Positions 1 through 9,896 of a DNA stretch of 37,430 nucleotides are shown piece after piece. This DNA comes from a virus (lineage: Duplodnaviria; Caudoviricetes). The notes beneath the pieces are model-generated. The model saw only the letters and a list, made by a program, of their open reading frames with translations, was not told the DNA's origin and made no database searches. A program made the position numbers and the translations under genes. How positions within the stretch are numbered: position 1 is the first letter of the stretch; each line of letters opens with the position of its first letter. The stretch covers positions 1 through 37,430 of the IMG/VR virus record IMGVR_UViG_3300033475_000094, one strand, 5' to 3'.

Positions 1-1
1 T

Positions 2-2605
2 ATCAATGAACCCAGTATCAGCAGCAGTGTTTGCCGCTGGTGTTCTAAAGTCCACCATATCACGGAGGAAGTTCTTATTACCATTGCCGTCAATGTAAAC
101 AGGAATGCTCTTAGTATCGATGGCATTGTTGTTTGAAGAGTTAATATCATCAATTGGGTATGATTCAACAGTAAAGAATCCAGCACCAGGTGCGGTGTTT
201 ACTGAGAAATAATCAAGCTGAACGAGCAAGCAATTTGCTGAGATTGCAGTCTTCGGGTAAATATATGCTAGACTATAATTTGAATCTTGTTGACCTATAT
301 CCCAAACAAATGATGAAGTAAGGTCAGTACCATTTACTGTATAAGCACCATTTGATGTTCCCCAGACCTTACGTACTCTATGAACATCTGAGAATCCTAG
401 GCACCAAGGTCCATTTGGACCTCCAACATTGTTAGCAGTGTTAATGCAAACGAAACGACTCTTGTTGATCACCTTCTGGGCAGGAGATGCACTGGTTCTC
501 ATAACATCATAAGTCACTGAGCAAGATAGCGTAGAGACTGGTTTCTCGCCTGATGCAATGGTAAATGAGGTTGTATTAGTTACATTCACAAAACCTGTTT
601 TACCAATAGTGGCCTGTTGGAACGGAATAACCTTACCAGTAATATATGACTTCACATAAGTGTTGGCTACAATATTTGCAGCAAACGGGGCATCAACCGT
701 CATGAACGTATTGTTTGAAATTGAATTAACGGTACGAATCTGCGAATTGACTTTAATGCTTGCGCCAATATTGAAATCGGTTAGGAAGGTTGTGCCTGAA
801 CCCACAATAGCTGAATTAACAGTGTTTGATGCAACTGTACCAGACAGGTTTGCTGTATCAACATTTGCTGATGCAGTTAGGATAATGGAATATGCTTGGC
901 TGTCGCTTAGAATTCCTGTGCCATAAGGTAGAATATCAACACCACCAGGTTGTGATGCAGCTAGGGTAACAACTAGGTTACCTGTAGTACCCATGGTACC
1001 AGTCGCGGTTGTCCGATACACATATTCTGTGTTATTGTTATTGCTGGCATCACGGAGATATTTAATACCATTAGCACCAAAGGAATATAATTGGTCGTCA
1101 AACCCTGTGCCAATAATACCAGAGCTTACAATATCTCCAACACCTTTGTTAGTGCCATTGAAATAAACTGATTTAACTTGACCTGAATTATATCCATTTG
1201 CGATTTGGATATTGTAAACGTGGAGAATATATTGAGCAGTATTAGTACCAGGAACGCCATTGTTATATGAGAAACAACGAACCGCAGCATTTCCAATTAG
1301 CGTACCTGATGGCACTGCAGAAGCATAGGTGCGGTTCGTTACAGCACCTTGAACATTTGCATATAGAGATACTGGCGTTGAGGTATTGATGCTGAAGTTA
1401 CCAGCAACTTCCTGCAGAACGAAATAGCTGCCATAATTGAATGATATTTGTTGACTCTTATTAACCTGTGTATCAGTACCACGTCTTGTTTGGACATAAG
1501 CAGTCTTTAGCAGCTCAACACGGTAACCTTGGGCATAACCAAGACCTGGAGCAATACGGGTAAGATAATTGTTTGAGCTTAGATTCGCCACAATGGTATT
1601 GCCAGGAACATTAGTTACTGAGTCAACAGCAAACGGGTTGACAACATAATTACCAGCTTCATCATTAATATTCTGGGCAATCGCTGATTCAACGATAGAA
1701 TATAGATTTGATCCCGCTACCGCAGAAGAGATAATTGAGCCAAAATTGTATTGGACAATTGGATTGAATCCAGCAGTATTAGCCGCTATGGCTGGATCAA
1801 GAGCAATTAACCCCGGTTCGATCTTTAGACGATCAGCACCTGGTGCATTCTCGTTGCTATATCCAAGGGCATTATCAAGCAGACTTTGGTCTTGATTTGA
1901 GTTAATGATTGATTCAGATGCTATAAACCCTACTACTAGATTTGAAGCATATGTACCTGTCGCATTAACTACGCCAAATGTCGGATTAAGGACTTGCACT
2001 AGGCAGCCAGATAGGAATACGACACCCTCGCTAACAGAAATGCCGTGAGCATTACCCACAGAAGATGTGGTGCTGTTAGAAGGATATGCATTTACCATCG
2101 CAATGGTATCAGCAACATTGTTTCCAGTACGAGGAATCTTGTAGAATACAAGTTGATCAGTATTAGAGAATGTGGTTACCTGGTTTGAAGTAGCATTCGC
2201 ACCAGTGTTGATATATTTCAGGTAAACGACGTTTGTATTTGGGTATTGAGAGGCTTGTCCAGAGGTTCCATAGAGGACTCGTGCAGTTAGATTTGAGGTC
2301 GTTGAAACAACCTGGGTGTTGACTAAGCTCGCAATTGTATAGGCTGATCCATTTGATTGGAAATCAGAAAGACGAACGAAAGGAAGATTTGGGATATCAT
2401 TGATTGCACAGCCTGAAACAATATCACCATTACGAAGGTTAAGAGATGCCAGTTGCTCGATCTGATTCTGTAGCATTGATTGAACTTGGGTAAGTTCACG
2501 TGCTTGAACAGGTATAGACGGCTTGAACAGAATACGATAATATTGATTATTGGCGTCAAAATCATCGAAATACGGATTCACATTTAGGTCAGTTTTCTGT
2601 GGCAT
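2..2605 (-). CDS. DUF4815/VrlC-like large virion structural protein (3' end runs off the window; absent from ORF track)
   Basis: Manual translation from ATG 2605: MPQKTDLNVNPYFDDFDANNQYYRILFKPSIPVQARELTQVQSMLQNQIE, the typical DUF4815 N-terminus; AAGGA RBS; follows the gp8-like gene as in T4-like phages. Confidence 0.85.
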   Translation of the reverse strand, partial: MPQKTDLNVNPYFDDFDANNQYYRILFKPSIPVQARELTQVQSMLQNQIEQLASLNLRNGDIVSGCAINDIPNLPFVRLSDFQSNGSAYTIASLVNTQVVSTTSNLTARVLYGTSGQASQYPNTNVVYLKYINTGANATSNQVTTFSNTDQLVFYKIPRTGNNVADTIAMVNAYPSNSTTSSVGNAHGISVSEGVVFLSGCLVQVLNPTFGVVNATGTYASNLVVGFIASESIINSNQDQSLLDNALGYSNENAPGADRLKIEPGLIALDPAIAANTAGFNPIVQYNFGSIISSAVAGSNLYSIVESAIAQNINDEAGNYVVNPFAVDSVTNVPGNTIVANLSSNNYLTRIAPGLGYAQGYRVELLKTAYVQTRRGTDTQVNKSQQISFNYGSYFVLQEVAGNFSINTSTPVSLYANVQGAVTNRTYASAVPSGTLIGNAAVRCFSYNNGVPGTNTAQYILHVYNIQIANGYNSGQVKSVYFNGTNKGVGDIVSSGIIGTGFDDQLYSFGANGIKYLRDASNNNNTEYVYRTTATGTMGTTGNLVVTLAASQPGGVDILPYGTGILSDSQAYSIILTASANVDTANLSGTVASNTVNSAIVGSGTTFLTDFNIGASIKVNSQIRTVNSISNNTFMTVDAPFAANIVANTYVKSYITGKVIPFQQATIGKTGFVNVTNTTSFTIASGEKPVSTLSCSVTYDVMRTSASPAQKVINKSRFVCINTANNVGGPNGPWCLGFSDVHRVRKVWGTSNGAYTVNGTDLTSSFVWDIGQQDSNYSLAYIYPKTAISANCLLVQLDYFSVNTAPGAGFFTVESYPIDDINSSNNNAIDTKSIPVYIDGNGNKNFLRDMVDFRTPAANTAADTGFID

Positions 2606-2614
2606 TTAGCGTCC

Positions 2615-4153
2615 TTAGATCGTGATCACCAATTTAAATGATTCTGAGGTGTTCGCCGAACGGGTAATATTAGAAATGTTCTGGGCATACAACGGTTTTA
2701 GATTTTTCGTGTAAATTTGCCCAATTGTATTTATAGCAATGGTCGCAATGGTTCCATTAGATGAAGTTACGTTTTCTCCCCCTATAAAGTCAGTATCACC
2801 GGTTAGATACACATTAGTACCATTTGAAAACGCCACAGTTCCTCGAGCATTAGACGATTGTCCAATAAGTACGTCACCAACCACATAAGTTGTGGATGGG
2901 CTGATATTTGCTTGTAAAACCGCTGAATAGGTATTCACGGTGTATACATTTCCAGTAGTTCCATTCGCATTTAAGGTTAGAGGATTTACTAATAGACCAA
3001 TTTTATTATATTTGATATTGGTTGGTATTGAATTGCCCTCTGAATTCGCAAAGGTAAATGAAATTCCGATACCTCTAATGCGACACTCAGTAGATGGTTC
3101 ATATCCATGTCCCCCAGCAGGGGCAACAATCGCATAGGCATTTGCTTGAGTTGTTACAGTAGCTTGGTTTGATACGAAAGCTACATTTGCCCATGTAATA
3201 AATGATCCAGTATTAATAATCACCACTGATAGAATAGAGTTCGAAGTAGTGTTAATCGTTGTGTAGGCTGCTGGAATCGTATTACCGTCACAAGTAAATT
3301 TAACTCTTGGAGAAATCAAATATTTGGTAATTGATGGCAGAATATTTTGAGTATTCGCTGTGCCGTCAAGAGTTACGAAATTACCCGCAGCATTGGACAC
3401 ATATTTTGAAACACCAAATAACTGCGAGGTCGCAGCCTGGGTGTTATAAATGTAGATGCCGTTACCTACATAGAAATCATTAAATGTAGATTCATAATTC
3501 TGTACCTGGATCGTTGTAGCGTTGATGACACCAAGAACAAGATTATTATTTGATATTGAATATGATGAATATCCATTACCACCATTAGTGATTACAACAT
3601 TCTCAACACCCGCATAAGAAAAGGCGCTTGTTGATAGTGTTGTGTTAGTATAGACTGGCGCAAAGTCAGATGTATTGAATTTATTATATTCAGCATTTGT
3701 GATCGTGGAAATATACCTCCAGGTATATCCATCAGCCGTTGTGAATGAAGAAGGCTGAACTTGATTGGGTACTTGAGTTGATGGTGCTCCGTTTGCATTG
3801 TTAATGCATTTGAAGACATTATAAGAACCGCCCACAACTTGGGGCGGAGTAATCACATAAAAGTTGAGATTAGTTAGATCAACTGTATTATCGTATTGAT
3901 CATAGACTGTATTTGACGTCCATTGGACATTACGGATCATTGGAATTAAGTCACCAACACCCAACCTCTTTCCAAACAACATCTGCCAATTATTGATGAA
4001 ACCATTATATCCATCCAATGTTACAGGAGGAGTATTTCCAGTATATGGGACTGGATTTGAAGCAAACGCAAAGAGACATTGGGCATTCGTAGAAATGCCA
4101 CTGATCAAACTATCAACGATAGTCTTTCTAAAATTAGAGAGGATTGCTCCCAT
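2615..4153 (-). CDS. baseplate wedge protein, T4 gp8-like
   Basis: W-T-S-N-T-V-Y-D-Q-Y-D, NFYV, VFKCINN and TADGYTWRY motifs typical of gp8-like proteins; synteny. Confidence 0.8.
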   Translation of the reverse strand: MGAILSNFRKTIVDSLISGISTNAQCLFAFASNPVPYTGNTPPVTLDGYNGFINNWQMLFGKRLGVGDLIPMIRNVQWTSNTVYDQYDNTVDLTNLNFYVITPPQVVGGSYNVFKCINNANGAPSTQVPNQVQPSSFTTADGYTWRYISTITNAEYNKFNTSDFAPVYTNTTLSTSAFSYAGVENVVITNGGNGYSSYSISNNNLVLGVINATTIQVQNYESTFNDFYVGNGIYIYNTQAATSQLFGVSKYVSNAAGNFVTLDGTANTQNILPSITKYLISPRVKFTCDGNTIPAAYTTINTTSNSILSVVIINTGSFITWANVAFVSNQATVTTQANAYAIVAPAGGHGYEPSTECRIRGIGISFTFANSEGNSIPTNIKYNKIGLLVNPLTLNANGTTGNVYTVNTYSAVLQANISPSTTYVVGDVLIGQSSNARGTVAFSNGTNVYLTGDTDFIGGENVTSSNGTIATIAINTIGQIYTKNLKPLYAQNISNITRSANTSESFKLVITI

Positions 4154-4157
4154 TCAA

Positions 4158-4907
4158 TTATATTCCTAGTGCCGCCCAATATGCAGTTTGTGCAGTAGCG
4201 TTATTTGAAATAAGTGTAATAGTAGTTGAGTTTACTGACTGTACCGCAACGTGAGTTGCTGAATTGTTTGAAGTTGCAAATACCGCAAACGCATTGGTTA
4301 GGAATGCTGTACCAACAGTAGTTGAAAAGGTTGTGATCTGAGCAGTAGTATTAACCGTGGTCAGCGTTCCCCACATCAATTTTAAACCAGCAGGCATTGT
4401 CGCATAACCATTTGCTAGAGAAGCGGTATGGCCAGCAACGTTTGAGGTACCAAGGTTTAGAGTATTACCAGTTACTTGAACTGCTGAAGTGTTCGCAACG
4501 AAGAATGATGCAGTAGCATTACCGATATAGAGATTTGCCGCAGTGGATAAAATCGCTAGCGTAGAAGGCGTCATCACGATATTTGCGGTTGAATTGGCAA
4601 TTGTCTCGTAAACTGAGTTACCTGACATATTAGCAGTGGCGTTACCAGTTGACCATGAAGCTGCCGTGATGACAGTTTGGCCTGATGCGTTAGTAACAAT
4701 TAGGCTTGTTGAGTTAGCAGTAGAATTTACTGTGGAATTACCAGCAGTAAGGTTGTTTGCCAAAGCCACATTATTTGAAGCCAGAACAGGCGCAAAGGCG
4801 GCATAAAACTCCGAAAAGTTATTTTGAGTTTTGATAAATGCATTTCTTAGCGTATCACCAGTACCGTCGTTGGGTACTGTACCTACGTTAATGTTTTGTT
4901 GTGCCAT
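4158..4907 (-). CDS. baseplate/fibre protein with gp9/gp10-type N-terminus and tail-fibre-type C-terminal domain
   Basis: N-term INVGTVPNDGTGDTLRNAFIKTQNNFSEFY is the gp9/gp10 motif; C-term NGYATMPAGLKLMWG resembles tail-fibre tip domains. Confidence 0.7.
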   Translation of the reverse strand: MAQQNINVGTVPNDGTGDTLRNAFIKTQNNFSEFYAAFAPVLASNNVALANNLTAGNSTVNSTANSTSLIVTNASGQTVITAASWSTGNATANMSGNSVYETIANSTANIVMTPSTLAILSTAANLYIGNATASFFVANTSAVQVTGNTLNLGTSNVAGHTASLANGYATMPAGLKLMWGTLTTVNTTAQITTFSTTVGTAFLTNAFAVFATSNNSATHVAVQSVNSTTITLISNNATAQTAYWAALGI

Positions 4908-4924
4908 AGTGCTCTACGTTCCTC

Positions 4925-7249
4925 TTAGGTCTGGTCTACTGTCAGCAGTGCAGAATCACTTGTAACTGCGCTTGAATCCGCTGAGAATTGGGTATAAAGA
5001 ATTTCTTCGTCGATGGTATATTTAGCTGAATCAGCGTTAACAACCGACAGATCCGCTGTGAACCATAGCTGTACTGTTGGATCAGCAGTATTTGATTCAT
5101 ACGCAATAGTCAGAGGAGCGTCTTCAGCTGAAATGAGCTGGAATTCTCCAAAAAGCTCAGCACCCGCTGGATGGAATGTGTTATAAAGAATGTCTTTATA
5201 TTGTTCCAGTTGTGATGCTGCTTTAATTTGATATGAATAGTCTTGGTAAAAGAAGCTATCCTGGATATATTTATCCGAGTTTAGGAAGCCCTTCGTTGTG
5301 CTCCAATAACCCGGCGCCTTACCAACACCGCCTTTGATTACATGGGCGATAACTTGTGATGTAGTGTTGAATTGGACTAACGAACAAGTAAAGGAAGCAC
5401 CTGTGCCATTCTTGGATTGCACAGTTATTGTAGGGATTGAAGCAAGACCAGAACCTGCATATGTTATTGTGGTTGATGTAATAGTTCCATTTGCATCAGT
5501 TGTGACAAAACCAGTCGGTGTTGTACCATTACCACCTGAGAATACAAGAGCATCACCATTTGAATATCCTACACCGCCTGAGGTAATAACAGGATTCGAT
5601 ACCGCTGAATAGAGATAAAGTTCAACTGTTTCACCATCGACATAACCTTTACCTGAGTTGTAGATATCCACAGTACCGATGACTGAGTTGCCTGATGACG
5701 GAAATGCATCAACTAATGTGTTCAGACCATTTATTGATCCATCTGATGATACCATAAGAGGGTCTGGTGGTGTGAAATTCGCTGGGAAAATTGCAGGAGC
5801 CACATAGAATGCAGAAGTACCATTTGATGTATTGGTAGGCGGACCATACAAGGTAATTGATGTATCTGAATTGACCTGTTTTACTACCGCATATTCAATA
5901 CTGGTAGACAGGTTATTTGCTTGTAGAGCAATGTAACTATTGTTGGAAAAATACCAAGTGAAGTTAGTTCCTGATCCTGTTACAGTATTGGCAGCAGAGT
6001 TATAGTTCACACTACCAGGAAGAGCCAGAGAATTTTCAATTGACTCAACAAACGTATTTGCCACAACGGTATAACTGTTACCTGTCTGTATATTAGTTAG
6101 AGTAACAAGTGATCCGAAAGTATTGCTTGCCCACGATAGTGATGTACCAACATTTGATGTTAGATTGGCTACATTGTTAGCCGGTAAGTTGTATTGGCTG
6201 GCATTCAAGGTAGTCGTAAGATAATTTGCAATGACATCCGTATTGTACGTCACTGTTTGAGTATTAGAAATAGCACCAACGGCAAACGAAGCACCGGTTC
6301 CTGGCGTATTTCCATTACCTGGATATACTAATATTGTTGGGGATGAAGTAATACCAAATCCTGGCTTACGAACAGAGAAATTCAATGAACCGAACGCTTG
6401 GGTTAGGCTGCTAACACGAACAACGCCATTAATACCAAATGATACCACCGCATTATTGCTTAGATCATTGTGAACAATCGCTAGAATGTCACCAACATTA
6501 AACCCTTGACCGCCATTAACAATGCTAAGATCATTTAATGAGCCAGTGATGATTGGAGCCTTGCCGACAATATCAGCAAACATGGTTGATCCAAGAACAT
6601 CATGATCTACAATCTTCTCACCCTCGATGAATGCACCACCCTTTGGCTGCATATTTGAAATATACAGAGAAGCGACTAAGTTGTTGTTAATGGGTTCGGT
6701 AATATAGCTTTCAACAACCGCAGTGGTATTTGAGGATAACCCAATAATCGTTTTTCCTACGAAATTAGGCAGGAAATCTGTTTTCGTGACTTCAATATAT
6801 GTGGGTACAGTCCAAGTTCCATCACTGGGTGCAAGGAGGTCATTTCCAGGAAGATAGACATCGATGTCTTCATTATAGATGAGTTTGAAGAGCAGACGAT
6901 AACACTGAATTGATCCTTTGGATCTATATACATCCAAAATGTGCTTAAGCAGGAATCGTTTGTTAATAATGACATTGAATGGGATGCCATACAGATATTT
7001 TTTCTGGAAATGTTCCAGAAATGATTCAAGGGTGTTGTCAATATCTCTGTAATTTAGAAGATTACGAGATTGATATATGATGTTAGTTGAAGTTGCAACA
7101 TTATTTTCATATGTAGGACTATATGCCTGCTCAAGGAATTCATAATACGCCTGTACAAACAAAATGAAGTTCGGCCCCTCTGTCTTATAAAAGTCAGGAA
7201 ATTGAGAGGCAATGAACGGAGATATCTGTTTTTGGATATCAAATTGCAT
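4925..7249 (-). CDS. baseplate wedge initiator, gp7-like
   Basis: QFPDFY..FILFVQAYYEFLE, YRSKGS, KYIQDSFFYQDYSYQIK and HPAG motifs; directly downstream of gp6. Confidence 0.75.
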   Translation of the reverse strand: MQFDIQKQISPFIASQFPDFYKTEGPNFILFVQAYYEFLEQAYSPTYENNVATSTNIIYQSRNLLNYRDIDNTLESFLEHFQKKYLYGIPFNVIINKRFLLKHILDVYRSKGSIQCYRLLFKLIYNEDIDVYLPGNDLLAPSDGTWTVPTYIEVTKTDFLPNFVGKTIIGLSSNTTAVVESYITEPINNNLVASLYISNMQPKGGAFIEGEKIVDHDVLGSTMFADIVGKAPIITGSLNDLSIVNGGQGFNVGDILAIVHNDLSNNAVVSFGINGVVRVSSLTQAFGSLNFSVRKPGFGITSSPTILVYPGNGNTPGTGASFAVGAISNTQTVTYNTDVIANYLTTTLNASQYNLPANNVANLTSNVGTSLSWASNTFGSLVTLTNIQTGNSYTVVANTFVESIENSLALPGSVNYNSAANTVTGSGTNFTWYFSNNSYIALQANNLSTSIEYAVVKQVNSDTSITLYGPPTNTSNGTSAFYVAPAIFPANFTPPDPLMVSSDGSINGLNTLVDAFPSSGNSVIGTVDIYNSGKGYVDGETVELYLYSAVSNPVITSGGVGYSNGDALVFSGGNGTTPTGFVTTDANGTITSTTITYAGSGLASIPTITVQSKNGTGASFTCSLVQFNTTSQVIAHVIKGGVGKAPGYWSTTKGFLNSDKYIQDSFFYQDYSYQIKAASQLEQYKDILYNTFHPAGAELFGEFQLISAEDAPLTIAYESNTADPTVQLWFTADLSVVNADSAKYTIDEEILYTQFSADSSAVTSDSALLTVDQT

Positions 7250-9078
7250 TAGTTGAGCTTATTAATAACTGTTATTGAAATATCGTTTGAATCAATGATT
7301 AGAATCTTCGACAGATTGATTAGTATGTCAGGTGTTAGTGGTGTTAAATAAAGGCTAATGTAATTTCCGTAATCAGATGCAATGAGTTTATTAATGCTTA
7401 CGTCGCCTGTTGTGTAATTCACTGTACCGATAGCAGTATTAAGGATGGTGAATTGGTTGTTTATCAAAGTATACACAACCAAATTTCCCAGGCTGTCATC
7501 TCTTATGTATGACGCAGGCCATTGAACACCATTTGCATCTGTAAATGTAAATGGAGATGAAGTAACAACTGGATTACTGTCATATTTGTTGCCTTCATTT
7601 GTACCTGATGCACCTATCTCAATATCAGCAGCATTATTGAAACTAAATGCATATGAAGTAGCAAACCCAACAAAGGGTGAAAGTCGCTTGATAATTTGCA
7701 GATTGGTTTCATTTGAAGTGATTGATGTATCCGCATTGTCAATAGCAGATACGAATTTTGAAAATCTTAGATCACCATCAAACTTCTGAAGATTTGTTGA
7801 ACTATAATTGCTGATCGCAGTGACAACTAGCGATTTAATGTCATTTGCTAACAATGAGGTCGCTGTTTGGTCATATTGTACCGTTGAAGTAACACCACAA
7901 TATAGGTAGTCGGGATCCTGGATGATTAGGCGTGTTGGCAGCCCCATGTATTCAAGTAGGAAGTTAGAGATTTCAGCCTTTACGTAATCTGGCGCCACAG
8001 TGCCAGCTTGTGGTTGCAACACAGCAACAACTCGGCCGTATTTCTTCTCAGTTAGCAACTGACCGCCAAACGTATTAACATCCTTAATAACTCCACCGAA
8101 ATTATCTAGGATCAGTGCTGAATAGTCGTCAGATGCAAGAGCCCGTTCTTGTGTCGCAAAGTAACGAGGAGCACTGAAGCGGATTGATTCAATAGCTTCA
8201 GGTGGAGCCCCGCCCGCTGAATTTGAAGTTACTGTGACAGGACCAACAATGATACCAGCACCACCATTTGTATTGGATAGACCTGAAGTTAAAGTAAAGC
8301 TGGTAATACCGTCTGCCGTGTTGCCTGATGAAACACGGTAATTTGCCGTAACTAACGCCAGGTTATCAGGAAAACGACCAAAAAGGTTATCACCAAAAAT
8401 AAGCTCATATTGACCATTTTGTGCTGCCTGTAAGAAGTAAACTGTTGAATTTGAATTCAGATGGAATAGAGTGGACGCAAATGTGAAATTTGTATTCACT
8501 GCTGATTCTGTCACCGTAACAGTGAGTGAATTTAGATCAATATTTGGATTAGTTAGAACAAATTGCTGATTGTCATTGGTGTAATCCACGACGAATGTAT
8601 CAGTAATGTATACGCCTTCAAATAATTGAAGGTTAGTAATTGAGAAAATGTTATTGCCTGAGAAATAATTGGTCTGTTGTTGGGTGGTAAACGTGAACTG
8701 GCCGTTAGTGTTTACCCCAGTGAACAATGTTCCCTTTGGAATTATCAGAGGTGGCGTTAAACCAGTAGCAGTAATGTTGAATGCAATATTGGCGCTTGAA
8801 GAACGAGCTGATTGCGGTAGGTAATTAAGCTCTTTGGCATGTGAAACAACTGAATCCAGCTTTTGAGCTGAATCCAGGAACATCTCCGATGCGACCATGT
8901 TTAAATAAAAAGCATTCAGGTAGGAATTGTACGTTTGCACGTCGATTAGAACGTTCATGTTTGAATCAGTGAACGAATAATCTTTGAAGATTGTCTGAGT
9001 GCTTAAAAACTGGATATACGCTTGCTTTAACGTATCAAAGTCCAGCGATGTGATGGAGAGTGAGGTATTAGCGGCCAT
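7249..9078 (-). CDS. baseplate wedge subunit gp6
   Basis: LDFDTLK, FKDYSF, EMFLDSAQKLDSVVSHAKELNYLP, YELIFGD and FATQERA motifs of the T4 gp6 family. Confidence 0.92.
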   Translation of the reverse strand: MAANTSLSITSLDFDTLKQAYIQFLSTQTIFKDYSFTDSNMNVLIDVQTYNSYLNAFYLNMVASEMFLDSAQKLDSVVSHAKELNYLPQSARSSSANIAFNITATGLTPPLIIPKGTLFTGVNTNGQFTFTTQQQTNYFSGNNIFSITNLQLFEGVYITDTFVVDYTNDNQQFVLTNPNIDLNSLTVTVTESAVNTNFTFASTLFHLNSNSTVYFLQAAQNGQYELIFGDNLFGRFPDNLALVTANYRVSSGNTADGITSFTLTSGLSNTNGGAGIIVGPVTVTSNSAGGAPPEAIESIRFSAPRYFATQERALASDDYSALILDNFGGVIKDVNTFGGQLLTEKKYGRVVAVLQPQAGTVAPDYVKAEISNFLLEYMGLPTRLIIQDPDYLYCGVTSTVQYDQTATSLLANDIKSLVVTAISNYSSTNLQKFDGDLRFSKFVSAIDNADTSITSNETNLQIIKRLSPFVGFATSYAFSFNNAADIEIGASGTNEGNKYDSNPVVTSSPFTFTDANGVQWPASYIRDDSLGNLVVYTLINNQFTILNTAIGTVNYTTGDVSINKLIASDYGNYISLYLTPLTPDILINLSKILIIDSNDISITVINKLN

Positions 9079-9105
9079 TTCTTACCTGATTTGCTATCGA
9101 TCAGG

Positions 9106-9112
9106 TATTTAG
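9106..9112 (-). promoter_or_regulatory. T4-type late promoter (CTAAATA) for gp6
   Basis: CTGCTAAATACC occurs identically upstream of gp6 and gp25; resembles the T4 late TATAAATA box. Confidence 0.65.
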
Positions 9113-9128
9113 CAGAATTCTAGTCAAG

Positions 9129-9170
9129 AAAAAGCCGGTCGACTCCGGGGCTGACAGGTCGACCGGCTTT
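9129..9170 (-). terminator. intrinsic terminator of sRNA-B
   Basis: AAAGCCGGUCGAC..GUCGACCGGCUUUUU. Confidence 0.8.
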
Positions 9171-9238
9171 GTGCCACTACCAACAAAGGAGCCACCCCAC
9201 CGTTGGGGAGCCCGTTACCTACGTGGCGCTCGGTAACT
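9129..9238 (-). ncRNA. candidate trans-acting antisense sRNA (sRNA-B) with anti-leader/anti-SD seed
   Basis: Own promoter TTGACA-N12-CTGCTA (9241-9268), two 5' hairpins, unpaired CUCCUUUGUUGGUA, 13-bp terminator plus U-run; no plausible ORF. Confidence 0.7.
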
Positions 9239-9240
9239 AC

Positions 9241-9268
9241 ACAATAGCAGGTATACCATCCCTGTCAA
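9241..9268 (-). promoter_or_regulatory. early-type sigma70 promoter
   Basis: TTGACA-N12-CTGCTATTGT, same geometry as the early array. Confidence 0.75.
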
Positions 9269-9271
9269 GAT

Positions 9272-9382
9272 AAAAGCGGCTACAATCTCACAATGCAACC
9301 GCCTTTACCTCGAGAATATGTGTTTGAACGGTTCTGCACCATCTGGGCCTCGCGGCCTGATGGTTACTGCTTACATTCAGCC
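9272..9382 (-). ncRNA. candidate structured ncRNA (ncRNA-A)
   Basis: GTGCTACAAT -10 box, rod-like hairpin capped by a GGCC-GCGA-GGCC GNRA tetraloop, terminator GCGGUUGCA/UGUAGCCGC-UUUU. Confidence 0.45.
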
Positions 9383-9431
9383 TCTCCATTGTAGCACTGC
9401 AAACCGTTTGCAGCATCGATATCGTAGCAAA

Positions 9432-9857
9432 TTACCTAACACGTTTCAAGAGAATTGGTAAATTTATTACGTTGGGATTGTTCACAAGTTGAAAAACAAT
9501 GTTGACAGCAATGCCGTTATTATTAGGCGAGTCGAGCACAGTGAGATTAATGATGGTAATGCGTGGCTCAAACTGTCGAGCGCTAAGTGTTATTGCATTG
9601 CGAATGTCTTCTATGAGAAACGGTGTGTCGAGCTCAAACATAGATTGCACTACATTAGTGCCAAAGAAAGGCTGGAAAAAACGACCAAAAACTGCTGTAT
9701 AAACGAGATTCTTGAAAGCTTGTCGTACAGCATCTTCATTCTTCAATACGACGAGCTGATTTGTAATTGGATGCTTGACCAAATTGTTCGAGAAGTCAGA
9801 ATAGGTTTCTATCTTCTTCTGCGTTTGTGTTATAAGATCAGCGCGACTAATTGACAT
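9432..9857 (-). CDS. baseplate wedge subunit gp25
   Basis: YSDF..HPIT..KNEDAVRQAFKNLV..RFFQPFFG..FEPRI: gp25 family. Confidence 0.92.
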   Translation of the reverse strand: MSISRADLITQTQKKIETYSDFSNNLVKHPITNQLVVLKNEDAVRQAFKNLVYTAVFGRFFQPFFGTNVVQSMFELDTPFLIEDIRNAITLSARQFEPRITIINLTVLDSPNNNGIAVNIVFQLVNNPNVINLPILLKRVR

Positions 9858-9879
9858 TTAATGCCCTTTCCCTTAATCT
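9851..9879 (+). promoter_or_regulatory. sigma70 promoter for the + strand three-gene unit
   Basis: TTGACA-N17-TAATCT overlapping the gp25 start codon. Confidence 0.55.
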
Positions 9880-9881
9880 GG

Positions 9882-9888
9882 TATTTAG
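9882..9888 (-). promoter_or_regulatory. T4-type late promoter (CTAAATA) for gp25
   Basis: CTGCTAAATACC about 25 nt upstream of the gp25 ATG. Confidence 0.65.
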
Positions 9889-9896
9889 CAGCGACC

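Noticed and set aside
9272-9382. SRP RNA, 6S RNA or group I intron
   Set aside because: Lacks the SRP CAGG/AGCA loop, is too short for 6S, has no intron core, and gp25 and gp6 are both intact
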